This document shows positions 56,147-64,000 of a stretch of DNA of 64,000 nt, piece after piece. The stretch is from a virus. Below the pieces are notes generated by a model. The model did not search any database, was not told the origin of the DNA, and was given only the letters and a program-made list of their open reading frames with translations. Made by a program: the position numbers and the translations under genes. The DNA is taken from positions 1-64,000 of IMG/VR virus record IMGVR_UViG_3300027977_000008. One strand, written 5' to 3'. The stretch's first letter is position 1. Each line of letters begins with the position of its first letter.

Positions 56147-57183
56147 AGGTAGCTATCATTACAGATCAACACTTTGGGTTCAAAAAAGGATCCAAACTAT
56201 ATCATGATTTTTTTCTTAAGTTCTATGATGAAGTTTTTTTTCCAGAACTACAGAAACGTGATATTACAACTGTTATCGACATGGGTGATACTTTTGACAG
56301 TCGTAAGACTATTGATTTTTGGTCTTTGGATTGGGCAAAGAAAAATTACTTTGATCGTCTTCAAGATATGGGAATTGAACTTATTTCAATTGTTGGAAAC
56401 CATACCGCATTTTATAAAAATACTAACGAAATCAATACTATCAATCTTCTTTTACGAGAGTACAATAATATTAACATTATTGTTAATGCAAAAGAATTGA
56501 CTGTTGGTGGTTTAAATATACTATTTGTTCCTTGGGTAAACACTGATAATACTGAGTTTACTTACAATATTATTAATAATACTAAGGCAAAAATTGTCAT
56601 GGGACATTTAGAACTTAATGGGTTCTATGCACATTACGGATATACTATGGAAGATGGTGCAGATATTCTTCCTTATGAAAAGTTTGATCGAGTATTCTCT
56701 GGGCACTATCATACTAGATCTAATAATGGTAGAATTTTTTATCTAGGCAATCCTTACCAAATGTTTTGGAATGATGTTAATGATGCTAGGGGTTTTCATA
56801 TTTTTAACACTGAAACTTATGAGTTAGAAGCAGTTGATAATCCATTCTCACTTTATGAGATTATCTACTATAATGATACTCCTAGACAAATGTTTAAGTT
56901 TAAGAATTATACAAATAAGATTGTCAAAGTTATTGTCAAGCAAAAGAGTAATGAAAAGGAGTATGATCGGTTCTTAGATGCTCTGATGAAAGTCAATCCA
57001 TATGATGTAAAGATTGTAGAAAAAATTGATAATATTTCTTTTGATGATGAGATTGTCAATCAAACAGAAGATACAATGACACTTCTTGATAAGTATGTTG
57101 ATGATTTGGAGACAAATCTAAATAAATCTAAGATTAAAAATCTAATTAAAAATATCTATCAGGAAGCGTGTGAGGTTATGTAG
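56143..57183 (+). CDS. gp47: Recombination nuclease subunit (Mre11/SbcD-like)
   Basis: TDQHFG, GDTFD, GNH and SGHYH motifs. Confidence 0.95.
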   Translation: MKVAIITDQHFGFKKGSKLYHDFFLKFYDEVFFPELQKRDITTVIDMGDTFDSRKTIDFWSLDWAKKNYFDRLQDMGIELISIVGNHTAFYKNTNEINTINLLLREYNNINIIVNAKELTVGGLNILFVPWVNTDNTEFTYNIINNTKAKIVMGHLELNGFYAHYGYTMEDGADILPYEKFDRVFSGHYHTRSNNGRIFYLGNPYQMFWNDVNDARGFHIFNTETYELEAVDNPFSLYEIIYYNDTPRQMFKFKNYTNKIVKVIVKQKSNEKEYDRFLDALMKVNPYDVKIVEKIDNISFDDEIVNQTEDTMTLLDKYVDDLETNLNKSKIKNLIKNIYQEACEVM

Positions 57184-57446
57184 TGTATATCATTACAATC
57201 AAAAAAAAAGAAGATGAAGGAGCATATTCAGTAAAAGATGAATTTGGAGAAAGGATTGTATTTTTGTTTGAAGAAAAAGATGATGCTATAAGATATGCTA
57301 TACTAATGGAAGAAGATGGATCTCCAGAAATGAATGTTATCAAAGTCAATGATAATATTGCAATTGCAGCATGTGAAAACGCAGGAATAAGATATACTAT
57401 AATTACTGAAGATGACATTGTAATTCCACCACGAGATAATGATTGA
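57183..57446 (+). CDS. Conserved hypothetical protein
   Basis: GAYSV..FEEKDDAIRY..DIVIPP; lies between gp47 and gp46. Confidence 0.75.
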   Translation: MYIITIKKKEDEGAYSVKDEFGERIVFLFEEKDDAIRYAILMEEDGSPEMNVIKVNDNIAIAACENAGIRYTIITEDDIVIPPRDND

Positions 57447-59151
57447 GTTTAAAAAAATTTGTTATAAGAATTTTCTTTCATCAGGAAACCAGTTTACATC
57501 AATCAAACTAAACCAAAATACCAACACTTTAATTGTTGGACAGAATGGTGCTGGTAAGTCAACTATTCTTGATGCTTTGTGTTTTTCGTTGTTTAATAAA
57601 CCATTCAGGAAGATCAACAAAAATCAAATTATCAACTCATCCAATGAAAAAGATTGTGTAGTTGAGATTAATTTTAATGTAAACAATAACGAATATAAAG
57701 TTGTTCGTGGCATCAAACCTGGTATTTTTGAAATTTACCAGAATGGTAAAAAGATGAATGAAGATGCTTCTGCACAGGATCAGCAAAAGATGCTTGAGAA
57801 TAATATTCTCAAGTTAAACTACAAGTCATTTACTCAGATCGTTATTCTTGGTAGTGCCTCGTTTGTCCCATTTATGCAGCTTCCTGCAGCACATAGACGA
57901 GAAGTGATTGAGGACCTTCTTGATATCAAAGTTTTTTCTTCAATGTCTGAGATCTTGAAGAACAAGATTAAAGAATCTAAAGAAACTGTCAAGACATTGG
58001 AGTTGAAAAAAAAAGGGATTGCTGATAAAATTATTATGCAGCAAAACTTTATCAAGCAAATTGAAGAGACTGGGCAGAATGATATCAAAAATAAACAAAC
58101 CCAAATTACTGAGTGTGAAAGTGAAGTTTCTAAGTACAATGAAAGTGTCTTCAGTCTTTTACATGAAGTTGAAAACAAACAACAAGAAATAGAAAAGTAC
58201 TCGGATGCTTCAGATACTCTTCGTAAACTTGGAACTTTCCGAGGTAAGATTGGAAATAAGAAACAAAACTCCAGTGATGTTTTGGAGTTTTTTAAAGAAC
58301 ATTCGGTTTGCCCAACATGTACACAAACAATTGAAGAAACGTTTCGTGTAAATAAAACAGAAGAGCTCCAGCAAGTCCTAAGTTCTTATGAAAGTAATCT
58401 TCAAGAAATTGAAGACACAATCAAAAAAGAAGAAGAACGTGAAAAAGCATTTTTCGGACTTCAAATGGAGATTACAAAACTACAAAATGAAATTTCTCAG
58501 ATCAACATTCGTATTGCTAACTCAACTAAATCAAAATCAATTATTGAGAAAGAAATTCAAATTATTACCACAAGACTTGAAAATAAAAATACTGAACACG
58601 AAAAACTAAGCGAATACAAATCCAATTTAAAACAACTACTGATAGACCTTGAACATCTCAAAGATGATTATGGATACTATATTCAAGCAAATGTTCTACT
58701 CAAAGATGATGGTGTAAAGAGTAGTATTATTAAAAAGTATTTGCCACTAATCAATCAGCAAGTCAATAAGTATTTACAGATGATGGACTTCTTCATAAAC
58801 TTTACGTTAGATGAAGAATTCAACGAAAAAATTAAAACTCCAATTCACGAAAACTTTTCTTATCCTTCTTTTTCTGAAGGTGAAAAGATGAGAATTGATT
58901 TATCATTATTGTTTACTTGGCGAGAAATTGCAAGATTGAAGAACAGTGTTTCCACAAATCTTTTGATCATGGACGAAGTATTTGATAGTTCTCTAGATGG
59001 TTTGGGAACAGATGAATTCTTCAAAATTATTCGACATGTGGTTAGCAATGCTAATATCTTTATCATTTCTCATAAAAATGAATTGCACGAAAAGTTTGAA
59101 AATGTGCTAGAATTCCATAAGGTCAAGGGTTTCAGTCAATTGAAACCTTGA
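57439..59151 (+). CDS. gp46: Recombination ATPase subunit (Rad50/SbcC-like)
   Basis: GQNGAGKS, CPTC zinc hook, FSEGEK and MDEVFD motifs. Confidence 0.96.
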   Translation: MIEFKKICYKNFLSSGNQFTSIKLNQNTNTLIVGQNGAGKSTILDALCFSLFNKPFRKINKNQIINSSNEKDCVVEINFNVNNNEYKVVRGIKPGIFEIYQNGKKMNEDASAQDQQKMLENNILKLNYKSFTQIVILGSASFVPFMQLPAAHRREVIEDLLDIKVFSSMSEILKNKIKESKETVKTLELKKKGIADKIIMQQNFIKQIEETGQNDIKNKQTQITECESEVSKYNESVFSLLHEVENKQQEIEKYSDASDTLRKLGTFRGKIGNKKQNSSDVLEFFKEHSVCPTCTQTIEETFRVNKTEELQQVLSSYESNLQEIEDTIKKEEEREKAFFGLQMEITKLQNEISQINIRIANSTKSKSIIEKEIQIITTRLENKNTEHEKLSEYKSNLKQLLIDLEHLKDDYGYYIQANVLLKDDGVKSSIIKKYLPLINQQVNKYLQMMDFFINFTLDEEFNEKIKTPIHENFSYPSFSEGEKMRIDLSLLFTWREIARLKNSVSTNLLIMDEVFDSSLDGLGTDEFFKIIRHVVSNANIFIISHKNELHEKFENVLEFHKVKGFSQLKP

Positions 59152-59176
59152 CAACTTTTTAGATTTGTAATATAAT
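59148..59176 (+). promoter_or_regulatory. Perfect-consensus sigma70 promoter for hli
   Basis: TTGACA (59148-59153)-17 nt-TATAAT (59171-59176). Confidence 0.8.
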
Positions 59177-59203
59177 ATTGTTGTAAAACTTTATGATACT
59201 CAA

Positions 59204-59413
59204 ATGACGATCACAACCAACGAACGCGGCGAACAAAATGTGTTTGCCCAAGAACCTAAAATGTACATTACGGAGAAAGACATGCAACAAAATGAAGTTG
59301 AAACTTATGCTGAACGTGCCGAAAAATTAAATGGTCGTCTAGCCATGCTAGGTTTTATTGCTGCTGTTGGTGCTTATGCATTGACTAAGCAAATTATTCC
59401 TGGAGTTTGGTGA
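59204..59413 (+). CDS. hli: High-light-inducible protein
   Basis: AEKLNGRLAMLGF chlorophyll-binding helix and QIIPGVW tail. Confidence 0.95.
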   Translation: MTITTNERGEQNVFAQEPKMYITEKDMQQNEVETYAERAEKLNGRLAMLGFIAAVGAYALTKQIIPGVW

Positions 59414-59431
59414 TAGCGTAGATATATTTTT

Positions 59432-59459
59432 AAAGGAGGTAAAAAATACCTCCTTTTTT
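59432..59459. terminator. Terminator hairpin between the convergent hli and radical SAM genes
   Basis: AAAGGAGGTA-AAAAA-TACCTCCTTT plus a T tract. Confidence 0.8.
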
Positions 59460-59460
59460 A

Positions 59461-60135
59461 TTAACTATACCAGGGATGTTCAGGATCTTTTTTCAACATA
59501 TCTTGAGTATAACTTCTTGGTTTAAAACGTAACTCCGAGTTTTCTGCTTGCATTGATTCACAATTCTCCCACCATCTACTAGAAATTTTTTTGTTTATTT
59601 TGATACCATATTTATTTGCAAGAATTTCACATTCCTGCAAATTATGTTCATTGTAATTAAAAATTATACAATCCCATTCTGTTTTTATTCCCATTTGAGC
59701 ACACATTTTCATTATTTCAAACAGTTTCTCTCCATTTTGATTTTTTCTATACAAATGACTTTGACTTGGTAATCCATCCAACGCAAAAACCCATTTAACA
59801 TTACCCCTTTTAGAAAGTAAAAACGGTTTTAGGTATTGTTTCCTATCTTTTAAAACTGAGGAATGATATACTATAGATGATTTTTTATTATCCACACATA
59901 TTTTTAATAGTTCATAAAACTTTGGGTGGTATAGAGGATCTGAAACTTGACCACAGAATGTTATATTATCAAAATAATCTACAATTATTTTCATCTGTGC
60001 TATGGTTATATCTCTTCCTGGAATTTTTTTAGCATCTCCATCATAATATTTTTGTCTATTGCATCCTGGACATGCTAATCCACATTTATTAGATATGTCT
60101 AAATTAATTTGCTTAAGAAGTTTTTCTGGTATCAT
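59461..60135 (-). CDS. Radical SAM enzyme (core domain only)
   Basis: CGLACPGC (CxxxCxxC), FCGQVSDP, FALDG and FNYNEH motifs. Confidence 0.88.
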   Translation of the reverse strand: MIPEKLLKQINLDISNKCGLACPGCNRQKYYDGDAKKIPGRDITIAQMKIIVDYFDNITFCGQVSDPLYHPKFYELLKICVDNKKSSIVYHSSVLKDRKQYLKPFLLSKRGNVKWVFALDGLPSQSHLYRKNQNGEKLFEIMKMCAQMGIKTEWDCIIFNYNEHNLQECEILANKYGIKINKKISSRWWENCESMQAENSELRFKPRSYTQDMLKKDPEHPWYS

Positions 60136-60419
60136 TTTACAACCATGTTAGGTGTTGAAGTATCACTACAATAATAATGGCAAGGATAAGGCAAACTTTC
60201 ACTTTTATTTTCTAATTGTTCAAAAAATTTTTGCCACGTTTTTGAGTTGAACACTTCTTCAATTGAATTTACATTATTTAAATTTAATTTTTCTTCAACA
60301 AACTGAAGAGCATCATATTTTAATGAGTATTCGTTGTCGTAATAACAACATGGCAAAATAAATCCCCGCGAAGAGAACCCAAAACATTGCTGTTTTTTTA
60401 AACACTTTGGATCAATCAT
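60132..60419 (-). CDS. Stand-alone SPASM/Twitch-like Fe-S protein
   Basis: PKC...GFILPCC...IEEVFNS...CHYYC; ATGA-coupled to the radical SAM gene; ATAAATA on the minus strand just upstream. Confidence 0.75.
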   Translation of the reverse strand: MIDPKCLKKQQCFGFSSRGFILPCCYYDNEYSLKYDALQFVEEKLNLNNVNSIEEVFNSKTWQKFFEQLENKSESLPYPCHYYCSDTSTPNMVVK

Positions 60420-60490
60420 AGTAAATGATATTTTTTGTATTTATTTTTATTTTCTTGACAATTGTGCTATAATCTAAATTGAACTTTATT

Positions 60491-60808
60491 ATGATGGAGA
60501 TGTCTGACAACGGTTTTTGGAAATATAGTGAGGATCTAACACTCAAAGTATTGGAAGAGTATCTTGCAAGTACTTACAATTCTCATTACACTTCGGAGCA
60601 ATCAAAAACTCAAACTCTAGATTTAATTGAAAGTATTGGAGACGCTGAACCGTTTACTCGATCCAATGCAATAAAATATCTTTCCCGTTTTGGAAAGAAG
60701 AATGGCAAGTCTAAAATGGATATACTAAAAGCAATTCATTATTGTATTCTTCTGTATCACTTTTCAGGTCTTCATAACCAACCTACTCAACCTTATATTG
60801 AACGATGA
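60491..60808 (+). CDS. DUF3310-like conserved phage protein
   Basis: TYNSHY, NAIKYLSRFGKK and DILKAIHY motifs; TGCTATAAT upstream. Confidence 0.75.
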   Translation: MMEMSDNGFWKYSEDLTLKVLEEYLASTYNSHYTSEQSKTQTLDLIESIGDAEPFTRSNAIKYLSRFGKKNGKSKMDILKAIHYCILLYHFSGLHNQPTQPYIER

Positions 60809-61479
60809 AATTTTCTGATAAGACAATCAAAATTCTTCAAAACTTTACTTCAATCAATCAGTCTCTATCCTTCAAAGAAGGTAAAAAACTTCGGACTATT
60901 TCTCCGATGCAGAATGTATTTGCGGAAGCTGAGATTGAAGAATATATTCCAAAAAACTTTGCGATCTATGATCTTCCTCAGTTTTTAAACACAATTTGTA
61001 TTTACAAAGATCCTGATATTGATGTGTCTAGCGAAGAAAGTTATGCTTCCCTTAAAGAAGGTAAAGCAAATCGTTCTAAGTATTTTTTCTCAGATCCTAG
61101 TGTAATTATTGCACCACCAGATCGTGAGATGAAACTTCCTTCTGAAGATGTTTGTTTTATTCTTCAGGAAGAGCAACTTCAAAAGATTTTGAAATCTTCT
61201 TCAATTCTAGGACTTCCTGATCTTGCTGCTGTTGGTGAAGCAGGAGTTATTAAAGTTGTTGTCAGTGATCGTAAAAACGATACCTCTAATGAGTATTCAA
61301 TTGTTGTTGGAGAAACTGACGCTGAGTTTTCATTTAATTTCAAGATTGAAAATATTAAATTAATTCCTGGCAGTTACGAAGTTGTAATCTCAAAGAGCAA
61401 ACTTGCCAGGTTCTACAGCGAGCGTTATAATCTTACTTACTTTATCGCACTTGAACCCGATAGTGTTTATGGATCGTAA
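60805..61479 (+). CDS. gp45: Sliding clamp
   Basis: LQNFTSINQS, FAIYDL and YFIALE motifs. Confidence 0.94.
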   Translation: MKFSDKTIKILQNFTSINQSLSFKEGKKLRTISPMQNVFAEAEIEEYIPKNFAIYDLPQFLNTICIYKDPDIDVSSEESYASLKEGKANRSKYFFSDPSVIIAPPDREMKLPSEDVCFILQEEQLQKILKSSSILGLPDLAAVGEAGVIKVVVSDRKNDTSNEYSIVVGETDAEFSFNFKIENIKLIPGSYEVVISKSKLARFYSERYNLTYFIALEPDSVYGS

Positions 61480-62419
61480 TGACTTTCTTTGGGTAGAAAA
61501 ATATCGACCCAAAAAAATTGATGATTGTATTCTTCCTGATGCAATCAAATCTACTCTAAAGGACTTTGTGACTAAAGGAGAAATTCCAAATCTTCTTCTT
61601 GCAGGTCCTCCTGGTATTGGTAAAACGACTGTTGCTAAGGCATTGTGCTATGAACTAAAAACAGACTGTTATGTAATTAATGGATCAGATGAAGGACGAT
61701 TTTTGGACACGGTTAGAAATCAAGCAAAGAACTTTGCTTCGACCGTATCGCTTTCGTCAATGGACGCAAAGCACAAAGTCATCATTATTGATGAAGCTGA
61801 CAACACAACCCACGACGTACAACTCCTCTTACGGGCAAATATTGAGGCATTTTATAACAACTGTCGCTTTATCTTTACCTGCAATTACAAAAACAAAATC
61901 ATCGAACCCCTACACTCAAGATGTGCAGGGATTGATTTTACCATCAATGGGAAAGAAAAACCTGCAATCGCAGCACAGTTCTTCAAGCGTCTCGGGACTA
62001 TTCTTGAGACAGAAGGTGTCAAACATGATCCAAAAGTTCTTGTTGAAATAATCAATCAACACTTTCCAGATTGGCGTCGTATTCTAAATGAATGTCAACG
62101 ATATTCTGCTGGTGGATCTATCGACACTGGCATTCTTAGTTTATTGTCTAATGTTAATACAAAAGAACTTGTTGGATACCTTTCTAAAAAAGAATTTGCC
62201 AATGTTCGTAAGTGGATTGTACACAATTTGGATAACGATCCAAACACAATTCTTCGTAATATTTACGATTGTATTTTTGATACACTAAAATCAAATTCTA
62301 TTCCTGAAGCAGTTTTAATTATTGCTAAGTATCAATATCAAACTGCATTTGTTGCTGATCAAGAAATTAATTTACTGGCAGCACTAACTGAAATTATGTG
62401 TAATTGTGAATTCAAATGA
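61469..62419 (+). CDS. gp44: Clamp loader large subunit
   Basis: WVEKYRP, GPPGIGKTT, IIDEAD and SRC motifs. Confidence 0.96.
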   Translation: MDRNDFLWVEKYRPKKIDDCILPDAIKSTLKDFVTKGEIPNLLLAGPPGIGKTTVAKALCYELKTDCYVINGSDEGRFLDTVRNQAKNFASTVSLSSMDAKHKVIIIDEADNTTHDVQLLLRANIEAFYNNCRFIFTCNYKNKIIEPLHSRCAGIDFTINGKEKPAIAAQFFKRLGTILETEGVKHDPKVLVEIINQHFPDWRRILNECQRYSAGGSIDTGILSLLSNVNTKELVGYLSKKEFANVRKWIVHNLDNDPNTILRNIYDCIFDTLKSNSIPEAVLIIAKYQYQTAFVADQEINLLAALTEIMCNCEFK

Positions 62420-63051
62420 CTATTGAACCTGGATATATTATTCGTCCTTTTGGACCAGTAATTTATAAGAACAAAGTATCAGAACAATTGCGGCAAGTTA
62501 TTATTGATGCTGCAGAAAATTCAAATATTGAAAACAATCATCTTCTTGCAGGCAACATTGATCGAGAAGTTGCTTTTCATACTGAAATTGATACTGTCAA
62601 CGAACTTCAAGAGTATCTTGGAGATTGCCTTATTCAAATGGGTAAAGTTGGATTATATAACCCACCAGAAGATCATAAATTGGATAGTATTGAACTTGAT
62701 CGTCCCTGGGTCAATGTTCAACGTAAAGGCGAATGGAATCCACCTCACATTCATGCAGGGGATTTTTCGTGCATAGTTTATGCACAAGTTCCACAGGAAC
62801 TAAAAGATGAATGGAAACATCCTACACAACGAGGAAGAAATCCTACTGCTGGTATGGTAGAATGGCAATATGGTCAATGGGCTCCTCATAATATGCATAC
62901 TTTTGGTCCTGTTGCACCAGAAGAGGGTGATATCTATTTGTTTCCAGCATGGTTGATTCATTATGTGTATCCCTTTAATGCTGATGTAGAAAGAATTAGT
63001 TTTTCTACAAATTTCTTTTTACATTACGGACAAAAAGAAACTAATTCTTGA
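62416..63051 (+). CDS. 2OG-Fe(II) oxygenase family protein
   Basis: WVN..GEWNPPHIH, FPAWLIHYV and RISFSTN motifs. Confidence 0.85.
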   Translation: MTIEPGYIIRPFGPVIYKNKVSEQLRQVIIDAAENSNIENNHLLAGNIDREVAFHTEIDTVNELQEYLGDCLIQMGKVGLYNPPEDHKLDSIELDRPWVNVQRKGEWNPPHIHAGDFSCIVYAQVPQELKDEWKHPTQRGRNPTAGMVEWQYGQWAPHNMHTFGPVAPEEGDIYLFPAWLIHYVYPFNADVERISFSTNFFLHYGQKETNS

Positions 63052-63053
63052 TT

Positions 63054-63899
63054 ATGGCAAATCTGAAAACACCTCTTCGTTATCCTGGAGGAAAGTCAAG
63101 AGCAACAAATAAAATAAATCAGTTCTTTCCAGATTTTTCTAAGTACCAAGAGTATCGTGAACCGTTTCTTGGAGGAGGATCTGTTGCACTTTATGTTACT
63201 CAACAGTATCCTAATCTTAATATTTGGGTCAATGATCTTTATGAACCACTGGTAAATTTTTGGCAAACTCTTCAAGATGAAGGAGAAGAGTTATCAAAAG
63301 AACTTTTGAGTTTAAAAAAATCTTATTTTAATCCAGATAAGGCAAAAGTTTTATTTTTAGAAGCAAAAGACTGTCTTGCTCACAAGAAGTCAAAGGACTT
63401 TGATAGGGCAGTATCTTTTTATATTTTGAATAAGTGTTCTTTTAGTGGACTAACTGAAGCATCAAGTTTTTCTGCTCAGGCATCAGTCAGTAATTTTTCA
63501 GAAAGAGGGATTGAAAAATTACCAGAGTACTCTAAAATAATTGAAAAGTGGTGGATAACTAATTACTCTTATGATTGTTTGATTGATGGAAACAGATGTT
63601 CTTTTGTGTATCTTGATCCTCCTTATGATATTAAGGATAATCTCTATGGCAATAGAGGAGCAATGCACAAAGGATTTGATCACGATAAGTTTGCTGTTGC
63701 TTGTGATATTATTAATATGGATATGATGATTAGTTATAATTCATCACAATTGGTCAAAGATAGATTTTCTAAATGGTCTGTAGTTGAATTTGATCATACA
63801 TATACTATGAGATCAACTGGAGATTACCTAATGAATCAGAAAGATCGAAAAGAACTTATTCTTCTAAATTACTTTGATGGGCAAGCATTATCTACTTAA
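63054..63899 (+). CDS. dam: DNA adenine methyltransferase (D12/Dam class)
   Basis: LRYPGGKS, EPFLGGGS and YLDPPY motifs; target site unknown. Confidence 0.9.
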   Translation: MANLKTPLRYPGGKSRATNKINQFFPDFSKYQEYREPFLGGGSVALYVTQQYPNLNIWVNDLYEPLVNFWQTLQDEGEELSKELLSLKKSYFNPDKAKVLFLEAKDCLAHKKSKDFDRAVSFYILNKCSFSGLTEASSFSAQASVSNFSERGIEKLPEYSKIIEKWWITNYSYDCLIDGNRCSFVYLDPPYDIKDNLYGNRGAMHKGFDHDKFAVACDIINMDMMISYNSSQLVKDRFSKWSVVEFDHTYTMRSTGDYLMNQKDRKELILLNYFDGQALST

Positions 63900-64000
63900 T
63901 TTGTATGGATGTTCATTTGTTCTTTTGGACGATGAACAATACCTTATAGAATTATTAAAAAATGCTGCAATAGCAAGTGGTGCTACTGTACTTCAAACTA
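63877..64000 (+). CDS. speD: S-adenosylmethionine decarboxylase, 3'-partial (absent from track)
   Basis: MGKHYLLNLYGC...LLKNAAIASGATVLQT matches the SpeD proenzyme N-terminus; overlaps the dam stop. Confidence 0.8.
   Translation, partial: MGKHYLLNLYGCSFVLLDDEQYLIELLKNAAIASGATVLQT

Noticed and set aside
15064-59066. Numerous 60-158 aa antisense or alternate-frame ORFs inside structural and replication genes
   Set aside because: They are shadows of codon-biased long genes, with no motifs, promoters or RBS.
59164-59200. HLR1 (RpaB) or NtcA site at the hli promoter
   Set aside because: The TTGTAA copies are 16 nt apart rather than 10, and the GTA/TAC spacing is not N8.
60455-60473. TTGACA...TATAAT as a canonical promoter
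   Set aside because: The spacer is only 7 nt; at most it is an extended -10 (TGCTATAAT) promoter.
42398-62419. Inteins or introns in gp17, gp20, uvsW, gp46 or gp44
   Set aside because: Lengths look typical, frames are uninterrupted and no splice motifs are evident.
1-64000. tRNA or rRNA genes
   Set aside because: No cloverleaf, T-loop or rRNA-like sequence was recognised in the few intergenic gaps; tRNAscan-SE would confirm.

Overview
A 64-kb segment of a T4-like cyanomyovirus (Kyanoviridae-type; the hli and speD genes point to a picocyanobacterial host). 1-2.5 kb: array of small early genes with a repeated leader motif and an orphan HicA-like gene. 2.5-3.4 kb: mostly non-coding region with a cluster of cyanobacterial-type DnaA boxes (TTTTCCACA) abutting CTTATAAG palindromes. 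3.4-8.7 kb: modification island with two SGNH-like proteins, a sulfotransferase, an HNH nuclease, a NodU/CmcH carbamoyltransferase with a small DPYIY peptide, and a GT-A glycosyltransferase-like gene. The sulfotransferase lies on the minus strand, although the supplied track labels it +. 9.3-53.3 kb: virion module (gp25, gp6, two gp7-like genes, gp8, VrlC-like protein, fibres, gp13-gp23, gp3). 53.3-64 kb: uvsY, uvsW, gp55, gp47, gp46, hli, an antisense split radical-SAM/SPASM pair, gp45, gp44, a 2OG-Fe(II) oxygenase, dam and the start of speD. The most notable candidates are (i) a G-hydrophobic-small-S/T motif spread through unrelated surface-exposed virion proteins, with a nearby set of tailoring enzymes (a possible virion-decoration system), and (ii) the DnaA-box/palindrome array. 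All family assignments come from motifs and synteny recognised by eye; no searches were run.
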